From NCBI GenBank assembly GCA_943322985.2, contig CALPGA020000003.1, positions 10,182-34,181 on the forward strand: a stretch of 24,000 bases of DNA. Reading direction: 5' to 3'. The position numbers and the translations under genes were made by a program. Below, one piece after another: positions 1 to 7,989 of the stretch (position 1 is its first letter; each line of letters opens with the position of its first letter). Origin of the DNA: Candidatus Finniella inopinata (lineage in GTDB: Bacteria; Pseudomonadota; Alphaproteobacteria; Paracaedibacterales; CAITNM01). Under the pieces are notes generated by a model that was not told the origin of the DNA, did not search any database, and saw only the letters and a program-made list of their open reading frames with translations.

Positions 1-116
1 ATTAAAGCAAAGTAATGAAATACTATCCCTGGAATAGGAATAAATAGCGCCATAAAAGAAAGGGCAGCACACAATGCGCCGCCCTTAATAATAAGTGGTA
101 TGTCGTCTTTAGCCAT
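1..116 (-). CDS. Partial CDS covering the N-terminal 38 codons and running off the left edge. It encodes a small hydrophobic membrane protein, possibly the DUF2232-type protein found between rpsR and rplI in many alphaproteobacteria.
   Basis: Not in the ORF track because it is truncated. ATG at 116..114 on the minus strand, open to position 1: [38 protein letters not shown]... It overlaps the last 8 nt of rpsR. The sequence is hydrophobic and there is no clear Shine-Dalgarno. The family assignment rests on position only. Confidence 0.35.
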   Translation of the reverse strand, partial: MAKDDIPLIIKGGALCAALSFMALFIPIPGIVFHYFAL

Positions 117-375
117 TTACGTATGGCATTAGAGCCAAGAAACGTGCACGACGAACAGCAACAGCAAGCAAACGTTGTTTCTTTATGGAAACTGCAGTTA
201 TTCTGCTTGGCATCATTTTGCCGCGCTCTGACACAAATTTCACAAGGATACGAGTATCTTTGTAGTCAATTTTCATGGCATTTTGGCCTGTGAAAGGGCA
301 GCTTTTACGGCGACGGAAAAATTGCTTACGTACGCTTGGCTTTAGATTTTCGCCTTCTTCAATATAATCTGACAT
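109..375 (-). CDS. rpsR: 30S ribosomal protein S18
   Basis: 88 aa with the typical S18 sequence (RRRKSCPF...IDYKD...[41 protein letters not shown]). ATG start preceded by AAGGA. Lies 10 nt downstream of rpsF. Confidence 0.95.
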   Translation of the reverse strand: MSDYIEEGENLKPSVRKQFFRRRKSCPFTGQNAMKIDYKDTRILVKFVSERGKMMPSRITAVSIKKQRLLAVAVRRARFLALMPYVNG

Positions 376-385
376 TTTGAATCCT

Positions 386-817
386 TTACGCTGTTGGTTC
401 TGTTGTTGATTCTTCCGTTACTGTCTCAGCGACAACTTCGGTAGCAACAACATCTGGGCGAACTTCTTCACGAACAACATCTTCACGGAAACCGCGATTT
501 TGCATTAAAGCAGATGGCGCATTGTCAAGTTCGTCAACGCGTACGCTCAAATGACGAAGTACATCTTCGTTGATTTTCATTTGACGTTCCATTTCTTTGA
601 TTCCATCAGACTTTACAGCGATGTTCATTAGAACGTAATGCCCCTTGCGATTTTTTTTAATTTTGTAGGCTAAATTACGAAGGCCACAAAATTCTGTTTT
701 TGTAACTTCTCCGTCAAATTCTTTAATGACGTTAGTGTATTGCTTTGCCAATGCTTCTACCTGATTAGCGGTAATGTCTTGGCGTGCAATGAAAATTGTT
801 TCATAGAAACGCTGCAT
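386..817 (-). CDS. rpsF: 30S ribosomal protein S6, with an acidic/Thr-rich C-terminal tail
   Basis: 143 aa. N-terminus [14 protein letters not shown]...[30 protein letters not shown] is classic S6. Strong AAGGAG upstream of the ATG. Conserved rpsF-rpsR order. Confidence 0.95.
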   Translation of the reverse strand: MQRFYETIFIARQDITANQVEALAKQYTNVIKEFDGEVTKTEFCGLRNLAYKIKKNRKGHYVLMNIAVKSDGIKEMERQMKINEDVLRHLSVRVDELDNAPSALMQNRGFREDVVREEVRPDVVATEVVAETVTEESTTEPTA

Positions 818-906
818 ATTAAACTTTCTCCTTATGGATGGGTACTTAAAACAAGCACCAGCTGCCTAAACGCTTTAGGAAGCAAGGACCTTACTTGTAG
901 CTTACA

Positions 907-935
907 TTTATAGTAAGAAAAAGGCTAAAAGGCAA
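907..935 (-). promoter_or_regulatory. Candidate sigma-70-type promoter for rpsF-rpsR
   Basis: Minus strand reads TTGCCT (935..930), a 17-nt spacer, then TATAAA (912..907). This would give a leader of about 80 nt to the rpsF ATG. Pattern match by eye only. Confidence 0.35.
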
Positions 936-965
936 GAGGAAATTCAATGTTACTCAATGCCTTTT
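927..965 (-). terminator. Weak candidate intrinsic terminator downstream of the MFS transporter gene
   Basis: Inverted repeat AAAAGGCA (965..958 on minus) and TGCCTTTT (934..927) with a 23-nt loop, followed on the minus strand by AGCCTTTTTCTT. The stem is A/U-rich and the loop is large, so it is weak. It overlaps the proposed rpsF -35. Confidence 0.2.
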
Positions 966-974
966 TGTTGCTAC

Positions 975-2252
975 CTATTCTTTTGTTTTAGTACCATGAG
1001 GGGCAGGGCTGTACATCTTTGCATTACGACGATAGAACCTAGAAATGGCTGTAAATATAACAGCGTACACAGAAATAATGATGGCTGCCATATACATGTT
1101 TTCTGTATAACCAGTCATAAATGTATAAACGGAAGGCATTAGCCCACCAGATATGGCAATACCAATAGAGAAACTAACCGCAACACCTGTATAACGAGTT
1201 TCAGCAGGGAATAAAACTTGCATAAATGCATGGCTTAATCCCACAAAGCTTCCTACATATAGTCCAACTCCGTATTGTCCTAATCCTACTAAGAATAAAT
1301 CTTTTGTTTGTAATAGATAAAAGCTCAAGTAAGAAAGTGTGCAGCACATAAAACATGATAGATAAACAGATCTACGCATAGTGATTTTATCACTTAGCCA
1401 ACCAAAAAATACGCACCCTGAGGTGTATCCTAGTAAACCAAAGGTATTTAAAAATACGGCCGTGGACATTTCAAAACCTTGGAACTTTGTCATGTATATA
1501 TTCATAAATCCAAATACCGTATAGGTAAGTGAGCCTTTGAAAATTCCAACGACAATATTCATTAAAAATGCACTTTTGTGATTTTTAAAAATAGCTTTCA
1601 TTGGTTGCTTCTGTTCTTTTTTCTTTTCCTTAATTTGAATAAAAGCATCGGTTTCTTTAGCATTCTTTCGCAACACAAAAGCCATGAAGCTTACTAAAGA
1701 GCCAATAAAAAATGGAATTCTCCATGCCCAGTCTGGCATTCCAGGGCGTAACATTAATGAACCTGCAAAGCTAGCAAATACAGCTCCTACCATGCATGAA
1801 CCTGCAATAATACCGCTGATTAAGCCCATTTGCTTAGCTTGCCCATGTTCAATTGCAAAAATTGCGGCTCCATTATATTCGCCTCCGGTTGAAAGTCCTT
1901 GAACCATGCGGCACAGTACTAAAATGATAGGTGCTGCTATTCCTAAGGTGTTGTACCCCGGCAATAGAGATATTACTAACGTTGGAAAGCCCATTAACAT
2001 GACGGAATAGGTTAGTGCGACTTTTCGTCCAAAGGTGTCACCAATTAAACCAAAAGCATAAGCACCAAGAGGACGCGTGAAAAATGCAGCAGAAAAAGCA
2101 AAAATACTTGCAAAAAGCGCTATGGTCGGCGACGTGCTCGGGAAAAAAACTTCAGAAATTTTAGCAATAAAGACGCCACAAATAACAAAATCATAAAACT
2201 CTAGCGCATTTCCTAGGGCGCTGGTCCCAATCATCTTCCAAGACTTTTTCAT
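975..2252 (-). CDS. MFS transporter of the metabolite:H+ symporter (MHS) family, ProP/KgtP-like
   Basis: 425 aa and about 12 predicted TM segments. The N-terminal motif GNALEFYDF and the loop motif GDTFGRK are typical of MHS/ProP-type transporters. Substrate cannot be assigned from sequence. Confidence 0.85.
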   Translation of the reverse strand: MKKSWKMIGTSALGNALEFYDFVICGVFIAKISEVFFPSTSPTIALFASIFAFSAAFFTRPLGAYAFGLIGDTFGRKVALTYSVMLMGFPTLVISLLPGYNTLGIAAPIILVLCRMVQGLSTGGEYNGAAIFAIEHGQAKQMGLISGIIAGSCMVGAVFASFAGSLMLRPGMPDWAWRIPFFIGSLVSFMAFVLRKNAKETDAFIQIKEKKKEQKQPMKAIFKNHKSAFLMNIVVGIFKGSLTYTVFGFMNIYMTKFQGFEMSTAVFLNTFGLLGYTSGCVFFGWLSDKITMRRSVYLSCFMCCTLSYLSFYLLQTKDLFLVGLGQYGVGLYVGSFVGLSHAFMQVLFPAETRYTGVAVSFSIGIAISGGLMPSVYTFMTGYTENMYMAAIIISVYAVIFTAISRFYRRNAKMYSPAPHGTKTKE

Positions 2253-2318
2253 TTAAAACCATAAGAACTATTTAGGCCTATCATTTTCTTCAATTTCATA
2301 AGAAATGCAAGCACTTTA

Positions 2319-2654
2319 TTATTGTAGCTTCATTCCATTGGGTACTTTGGGGGTTGTTGTTGTAAGGCAGATGGCGTCATTTTCATCTGAAAAACCTAGA
2401 AGTAAAAATTGAGATGTGAATCCTCCAATATTTTTTTCGCCTAGATTAATGCAGCCTACGATTGAACAACCGATAAGGGATTCGGGCGTATAATGTACTG
2501 TGATTTGCGCAGAAGTTTGCAATATTCCAATTTCAGGACCAAAATCTGCCCACACTTTAAAAGCAGGGTTGCGCGCTCTAGAAAATTCTTCAGCTTTCAC
2601 AATAGTGCCGCTGCGTATGTTAACTTGTTCGAATTCTTCCCAAGTGATTACCAT
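2319..2654 (-). CDS. csaA: tRNA-binding domain protein (CsaA/YgjH family, EMAP-like OB fold)
   Basis: 111 aa. EEFEQVNIRSGTIVKAEEF..ARNPAFKVWADFG...GILQTSAQIT...LIG..IVGCINL..K.IGGF.S is the CsaA signature. AAGGA upstream of the ATG. Confidence 0.85.
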   Translation of the reverse strand: MVITWEEFEQVNIRSGTIVKAEEFSRARNPAFKVWADFGPEIGILQTSAQITVHYTPESLIGCSIVGCINLGEKNIGGFTSQFLLLGFSDENDAICLTTTTPKVPNGMKLQ

Positions 2655-2668
2655 GATTATTCCTTATC

Positions 2669-3298
2669 TTACGGTTGCAGCTTCAAGTGTTGCCATATTT
2701 TATTTTTCAGTTCATAGCGTAGGCGATGATGGAATCGATCCTTGCTTCCGTGCCAAAATTCTATGGTTTCAATTTCTATATGGTAGGCATGCCAAGTTTT
2801 TGGGCGAGACATTGGTTCTTGTTGTGTCAGTAATTTCAAAACTTCTGTTCTTAACTTTTGCTCATTTGTCATCGGTGCGCTTTGCGTAGAAATCGTCGCT
2901 ACTGCTTGTGCTGCTAGCGGTCTTTCATTAAATATTTCATCAGAGATATTATGTGGGAGTTTTGTGACGGTTCCTTGAAAATTAATTTGCTGCATGGTTT
3001 CTCGCCACCACAATGTTCCTGCAGCGACAGGGTTTGTTTGTAAATCTCTTCCTTTTTGACTTATATCACTGCTAGCAAAAGTCACTCCGTTTTCATTAAC
3101 GGTTTTTAATAAAACAACGCGGCTTGAAGGGATTCCCTCGTCGTTAACGGTTGATAAAACTAACCCTCTTGGTTCGCTTATTTTTAACAAATCAGCTGTG
3201 TGTAACCAACTTTGCAATAGATCCAGTGGGTTATCTGGTGGACAGTCAAAGCCAGAAATTACAAGGTCAGGATTTCCAGTGAGTGTTTTAGCTTCCAT
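2669..3298 (-). CDS. pdxH: Pyridoxamine/pyridoxine 5'-phosphate oxidase
   Basis: 209 aa. SRVVLLKTVNENGVTFASS, LWWRE..QQINFQG and the C-terminal IEFWHGSKDRFHHRLRYEL....W....LQP match the PdxH family pattern. GGAG upstream of the ATG. Confidence 0.85.
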   Translation of the reverse strand: MEAKTLTGNPDLVISGFDCPPDNPLDLLQSWLHTADLLKISEPRGLVLSTVNDEGIPSSRVVLLKTVNENGVTFASSDISQKGRDLQTNPVAAGTLWWRETMQQINFQGTVTKLPHNISDEIFNERPLAAQAVATISTQSAPMTNEQKLRTEVLKLLTQQEPMSRPKTWHAYHIEIETIEFWHGSKDRFHHRLRYELKNKIWQHLKLQP

Positions 3299-3317
3299 AT
3301 TTTGATCTCCATTATTT

Positions 3318-3770
3318 TTATGTTTTCACTCTTGCCAAATATTTATCACAAGCAATTTGATAACTTTCTTTAATTAGCTTCTCAAGCATTTCAAATGAGC
3401 AATCTGAAGGATTTAAAATTGACACCCAAGCCATCCAGCCATAAACAGGGTGAGGGGTTAGCGTGTCTAATTTTTGAAAATCATATGGACCTTCAATTGA
3501 ATGACCTTTCGCAGGGCGCTTTGGCAATGTTGAAAAATGCTGCAAAAATATTTTTTTAGAAATCCCAAAATTTATTCTGAAAATGTTCTCTCTATCTAGG
3601 TTAGACGCTTTGTCGTTGTCTCCGTCCTTCTCTTTTAAGGTCAAAAAATAGACGCCTCTTTTTAACAAATTATTGGGGTTGTAAAAGAACCTTTTCTCAC
3701 CCCATGCATTTACCACATTAAGTCCGGGGAAATTAGCCACAACAAAATCTGAAATATCATTACGAGTCAC
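3318..3770 (-). CDS. Conserved hypothetical protein of 150 aa. It may belong to a DUF6194/YjbR-like family, but that name is recalled from memory and not verified.
   Basis: Uninterrupted ORF on the same strand as its neighbours. Its GTG start (3770..3768) shares one nucleotide with the TAG stop of the upstream aminotransferase. Motif HPVYGWMAWVSILNP. No catalytic motif that I recognise. Confidence 0.7.
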   Translation of the reverse strand: MTRNDISDFVVANFPGLNVVNAWGEKRFFYNPNNLLKRGVYFLTLKEKDGDNDKASNLDRENIFRINFGISKKIFLQHFSTLPKRPAKGHSIEGPYDFQKLDTLTPHPVYGWMAWVSILNPSDCSFEMLEKLIKESYQIACDKYLARVKT

Positions 3771-4978
3771 TATGGTGCCTTTAATTCCATAACGGCGAGC
3801 TTAATTCTGTCGCACGCCTTTGCTAAATTTTCCAAACTTGTTGAATAGGAAATGCGAAAATATGGGGATAGACCAAATGCATCACCAGAAACGGTTGCAA
3901 GGTTATGGTCTTCTAATAAATAGGTGCAGAAATCATTATCATTTTGAATAGTTTTACCGCATCGTGTCACTTTTCCAATAACGCCATGACAACCTATATA
4001 TAAATAGAACGCACCGTGGGGCTTAATAAGCTGTAACTCTGGAATGGTGGACAATGCTTTCAACACATAGTCGCGTCTTTTTGCAAAACTGGTTCGCCAT
4101 TCATCCAAAAAATCATGAGGCCCATTAATAGCCGCAACAGCAGCTGCTTGCGAAATAGAGCATGGATTAGATGTTATTTGTGATTGCAAGTCAATCATAG
4201 CTTGAATTAAATGTTTCGGTCCTGCTCCGTACCCAATGCGCCACCCGGTCATTGAATACGCTTTTGAAACACCATTCACCACCAAAGTGCGATGATATAA
4301 ATCAGGGGCGACGTTTGAAATATTTGAAAATTCCGATCCATCATACAGAAGGTATTCATAAATATCGTCTGTTAAAATATTCACGTGAGGGTGCGTACGT
4401 AGCACTTCCGCTAGGGCCGAAAGCTCATCTTTCGTATAAACGCATCCCGTTGGATTGGATGGAGAGTTTAAAATCAACCACTTTGTTTTGGGCGTAATGC
4501 TAGCCGCTAACTGGCTTGGCTGAAGTTTAAATTCATTTTCAATCGGACAATTAACAAAAACAGGAATGCCTTCAAACAAGCTAACTATATCAGGATACGA
4601 AACCCAATAAGGCGCAGGAATAATAACCTCATCACCAGCATTGATGCTAGCCATAAACGCGTTGAAAATGACTTGCTTGCCGCCTGTGCTTACAATAATT
4701 TGATCGCTTTCATAAGTAAAACCATTATCACGGCTTAGCTTTTTTATAATTGCTTGTTTCAAAAGCGCTGTGCCACCAACCGGGGTATATTTTGTTTGGC
4801 CATTATTCATGGCTTGTAGGGCGGCGTCTTTAATCCACTGGGGTGTATCGTAGTCAGGTTCTCCTGCACTTAAGCTGATAACATCTTTCCCCTGTTCTTT
4901 TAGTGCAATGGCTTTTGCGGTCATGGCAAGGGTAGGGGAGGGTTTTATCCAATTGATGCGCTGTGCTAGACTAGTCAT
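3770..4978 (-). CDS. aatA: Aspartate aminotransferase, PLP-dependent class I (subgroup Ib, AatA type)
   Basis: 402 aa. N-terminus RINWIKPSPTLAMTAKAIALKEQGKDVISLSAGEPDYDTP, NSPSNPTG, and the PLP-lysine motif SKAYSMTGWRIGY. Confidence 0.9.
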   Translation of the reverse strand: MTSLAQRINWIKPSPTLAMTAKAIALKEQGKDVISLSAGEPDYDTPQWIKDAALQAMNNGQTKYTPVGGTALLKQAIIKKLSRDNGFTYESDQIIVSTGGKQVIFNAFMASINAGDEVIIPAPYWVSYPDIVSLFEGIPVFVNCPIENEFKLQPSQLAASITPKTKWLILNSPSNPTGCVYTKDELSALAEVLRTHPHVNILTDDIYEYLLYDGSEFSNISNVAPDLYHRTLVVNGVSKAYSMTGWRIGYGAGPKHLIQAMIDLQSQITSNPCSISQAAAVAAINGPHDFLDEWRTSFAKRRDYVLKALSTIPELQLIKPHGAFYLYIGCHGVIGKVTRCGKTIQNDNDFCTYLLEDHNLATVSGDAFGLSPYFRISYSTSLENLAKACDRIKLAVMELKAP

Positions 4979-5033
4979 ATGGCTAAAAATTTAAAAATCT
5001 GGCTAATTTAACCATAAATCACTTAAAGGGCAT

Positions 5034-5930
5034 ATGGCACAAACGATTTTATTTACTGGCGGTACTGGGTTTATTGGCTCACACTTGGCGAATTTTTTAT
5101 TTAATAGGGGCTGTGAAATTATTTTTTACACAAAAAATCCTCGGTTGACACCACGTTCTTATAGAACAATTTCTACCTTGAAAGAAATTGAAAATTTACC
5201 GCCTTTAGACGTAGTTATTAATCTTGCAGGCGCACCCATTGCTGCAAAAAACTGGACGCCTGAATATAAACAAGTGCTATATGATAGCCGTGTTGCGATG
5301 ACACTTGATTTGATAGCCCATCTTAGGAAATTTATGCGTCTCCCCAAAACATTTATTAGTGCATCAGCTGTAGGGTATTATTTGGGGCAACAAGTTAAAT
5401 GCTATGAAGACACCCCTGTTCCAGAAGTAGAAAATTTTTCAAACCGCTTATGTACAGCTTGGGAAGATTCAGCAAAATCATTATTAGCTGATGATGTGCG
5501 CCTCTGTTTTATGCGATTAGGCGTTGTGCTAGGGCCAAAAGGTGGTTTTTTAAAAAAAATAGAAAATATATTTCGTTTAGGTATGGGAACTATTTTGGGC
5601 AATGGCACTCAAGTGATGTCATGGGTGCACTTGGAAGATTGCATCAACACCTTTTGGCATGTGATGCAAAACGAAGAACTCAACGGACCCTTTAATGTTG
5701 TTGCGCCTAAAATTTGCACAAACGCAGAATTTTCAAAAATTTTGGCAATGCAATTTGGCAAAAAGCCATTAATGCACATACCTGATTGGGTTATTAAGAT
5801 GCTATTCGGGGAAAAAGGAAAAGAATTAATGCTGCAAGGCGTTTACGTGGTGCCTAACCGATTGCAGCAAAGTGGCTTTTTCTTTAAGTACGCTGATATT
5901 GGTAGTGCTTTGCAAAGCTTTTATTCTTAA
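5034..5930 (+). CDS. yfcH: TIGR01777/YfcH-family NAD-dependent epimerase-like protein (SDR fold with a DUF1731 C-terminus)
   Basis: 298 aa. N-terminal Rossmann motif ILFTGGTGFIGSHL, length, and C-terminal P.RL...GF.F.Y pattern typical of YfcH homologs. Confidence 0.8.
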   Translation: MAQTILFTGGTGFIGSHLANFLFNRGCEIIFYTKNPRLTPRSYRTISTLKEIENLPPLDVVINLAGAPIAAKNWTPEYKQVLYDSRVAMTLDLIAHLRKFMRLPKTFISASAVGYYLGQQVKCYEDTPVPEVENFSNRLCTAWEDSAKSLLADDVRLCFMRLGVVLGPKGGFLKKIENIFRLGMGTILGNGTQVMSWVHLEDCINTFWHVMQNEELNGPFNVVAPKICTNAEFSKILAMQFGKKPLMHIPDWVIKMLFGEKGKELMLQGVYVVPNRLQQSGFFFKYADIGSALQSFYS

Positions 5931-5939
5931 ATTACCTAT

Positions 5940-6413
5940 ATGACAAAAAAATTACCTCCTGACGAACAAGCCCTTTGGGATGCTGTTGTAAAAAGCATCA
6001 AGCCTATAAAGCACGATATGGTGGTTGCCAAAATCCCCAACGTTTTGAAGATCCCTGAAAGGCCACTCTTACCAACGCCTGGCATTAGTCGCACACAAAA
6101 GGTTGAAGCACTTCATGCAAATGATTTAAGAAATGTTCGCCCCGAAGCGCAGCTTGATTTACATGGCTTTACTCAAGCAGCAGGTGAAATGGCCGTGCGC
6201 GAATTTTTAAAAAATTCTTTGTACAGGAATTTGCGCTGGGTGCGGATTATTACCGGAAAAGGGTCGCCTAATAACCCTAGTATTCTTCGTGAGCAAACAC
6301 CAAAGTGGCTTAAATCAATGCCAGAATTTGTAACCGGTTATGCCTATGCAAAACCAGATGATGGTGGCAGTGGTGCATTTTATGTGAAAATTCGCCGTAA
6401 GGTTCGAATCTAA
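5940..6413 (+). CDS. Smr-domain protein (small MutS-related nuclease domain)
   Basis: 157 aa. LDLHGFTQAAGEMAVREFL...VRIITGKG is the Smr core (LDLHG ... TGKG). Starts 9 nt after the yfcH stop. Confidence 0.8.
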   Translation: MTKKLPPDEQALWDAVVKSIKPIKHDMVVAKIPNVLKIPERPLLPTPGISRTQKVEALHANDLRNVRPEAQLDLHGFTQAAGEMAVREFLKNSLYRNLRWVRIITGKGSPNNPSILREQTPKWLKSMPEFVTGYAYAKPDDGGSGAFYVKIRRKVRI

Positions 6414-7978
6414 TTTTTGAAAATATCTAAACTTTGGTCGTATTCATGGGTTTTAATATCCAACAACCCAAGCACTGAATGAAAAAAGTTATCATGAGAA
6501 TATTTTTCAGTTTCAGCTTTAACCCTTAAGCTGTTTACATCAACACCAAATTCTTGGCTGAAACTATCGGAGAGCCACATAATCCATGGAATATGAGTTT
6601 GCTCTTTAGGGGCAATTAGGTATGGCGTGCCATGAAGATAAATTCCATATTCTCCTAGTGATTCCCCATGGTCAGAAATATAGATCATTGCGGTATTCAG
6701 TTGAGTATTATTTTCAAGTGTTTCGATGATTTTTGTTAAAATGTAATCGGTATATAAAATGGTGTTGTCGTAGGTGTTAACAAGGTCTGATTTTTTACAG
6801 CTTTGAATTTCATTGGTGTTGCACCCTGGTTTGAATTTATTAAATTCTTCAGGGTAGCGTTTGTGGTAAGCGGGGCCATGGCTTCCAAGTTGATGCAGTA
6901 CAAGAATAGAATCATGTTTTAGTTTTTTGATATAACTATCTAACCCAGCGAGCAGGGCTTCATCATTTTGACTTAAGTGTCTTATATTTTCTTCTCTAAA
7001 TCTGGTGGCTACACCTTTTGAACTGCTGTTATTATCGCGCCAAAGGATTGAAAAACCAATTCTGGATAATACATCTAGTAAGTTTTCTTCTTGTGCTGCC
7101 TTTTCTGGCGTATAGTTTACTCTTGGTAATTTTGAAAAAATTCCAGGTACAGCAACGGCTGTGCAAGTTCCACAGGATGAAACATTTTTCAGCGAAATAA
7201 CATTTTTAGTTTTGAGTAAAGGATTCGTTTCGCGTGCATAGCCATTCAATGAGAAATTACTAGAACGTGCAGCTTCGCCCACAACAATAATAAGCAATGA
7301 TCTTTTTGTAACATTTTTCCAAAGCGGACCTTTGACTGCATCTAAAGCAATTTGGGTGAACTCTTTCGGCATTTGATTTTTCTTTTTTACATATTTTCCT
7401 AAGTAGTAAATGCAATTTATAGGGGTAATTAAGCTGATAAGGTTTCTATTATTTCTATGGATAATAACGATGGTTTTGTAAGCAGTTCCTACTGAAACAG
7501 CAATTAATAGCGCGGCTATGATAATTGCTATTAATCTAGATTTTAATTCAGAAAAAAATTTGGGTTGATAAGTTGTTTTGAAAAAATATAAGGATAAAAG
7601 CGGGGCTCCCTGCAAGAGAAACCACATTCCAAATTTAGTGCTTAAAAGATCTAATGATTCATGAATGTCAGTTTGTAGTACGTTCTGGATCATATTTGCA
7701 TCAATCACGACCTTGAAATAGTGCATGTGATAACTTGAAAATATGGCTGCAATAGCAAGCACAACAATCAATGTTTTTTGAGCATACGGAAATAGTAGAA
7801 GGTTAAAAATAATGGTAAACATGGCGCTTAGGCCTATGAACATTGATGTTAAATAAATTAAATCGGAAGTATTATTAAAGTTTACTATTTTAAAAACAGC
7901 ATTCCAAAAGGGAATGTTTAGCAAGCAAACAAAATAGAACGACAAAAAAACAATAAAAATATTTCTGTTAATTTTCAC
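6410..7978 (-). CDS. eptA: Phosphoethanolamine transferase (EptA/PmrC/MCR family): N-terminal 5-TM domain plus a periplasmic sulfatase-fold domain
   Basis: 522 aa. Nucleophile motif SSCGTCTAVAVPGIFS (CGTCTA = 7157..7174). DHGESLGEYGIYLHGTPY metal/substrate motif. GTG start 11 nt after the ABC exporter stop, with AAGGGA upstream. Confidence 0.85.
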   Translation of the reverse strand: MKINRNIFIVFLSFYFVCLLNIPFWNAVFKIVNFNNTSDLIYLTSMFIGLSAMFTIIFNLLLFPYAQKTLIVVLAIAAIFSSYHMHYFKVVIDANMIQNVLQTDIHESLDLLSTKFGMWFLLQGAPLLSLYFFKTTYQPKFFSELKSRLIAIIIAALLIAVSVGTAYKTIVIIHRNNRNLISLITPINCIYYLGKYVKKKNQMPKEFTQIALDAVKGPLWKNVTKRSLLIIVVGEAARSSNFSLNGYARETNPLLKTKNVISLKNVSSCGTCTAVAVPGIFSKLPRVNYTPEKAAQEENLLDVLSRIGFSILWRDNNSSSKGVATRFREENIRHLSQNDEALLAGLDSYIKKLKHDSILVLHQLGSHGPAYHKRYPEEFNKFKPGCNTNEIQSCKKSDLVNTYDNTILYTDYILTKIIETLENNTQLNTAMIYISDHGESLGEYGIYLHGTPYLIAPKEQTHIPWIMWLSDSFSQEFGVDVNSLRVKAETEKYSHDNFFHSVLGLLDIKTHEYDQSLDIFKN

Positions 7979-7989
7979 AAGTTGTTCCC

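Noticed and set aside
2493-2889. Plus-strand ORFs of 74 and 129 aa spanning the csaA/pdxH junction.
   Set aside because: They are antisense to two well-supported genes, have no recognisable motifs, and cross an intergenic gap of the opposite-strand operon. These are typical shadow ORFs in AT-rich DNA.
5008-5015. Exact TTAACCAT (CtrA half-site-type octamer) 19 nt upstream of the yfcH start.
   Set aside because: A single AT-rich octamer is expected by chance in a window of this composition. There is no partner TTAA at N7 spacing.
7941-7960. Homopolymer tracts as possible phase-variation switches: A7 in the eptA 5' region, and also T6A8 at about 5545..5559 in yfcH.
   Set aside because: The tracts are short (8 nt or less) and common in AT-rich genomes. 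Both ORFs are in frame, and there is no evidence for slipped-strand switching.
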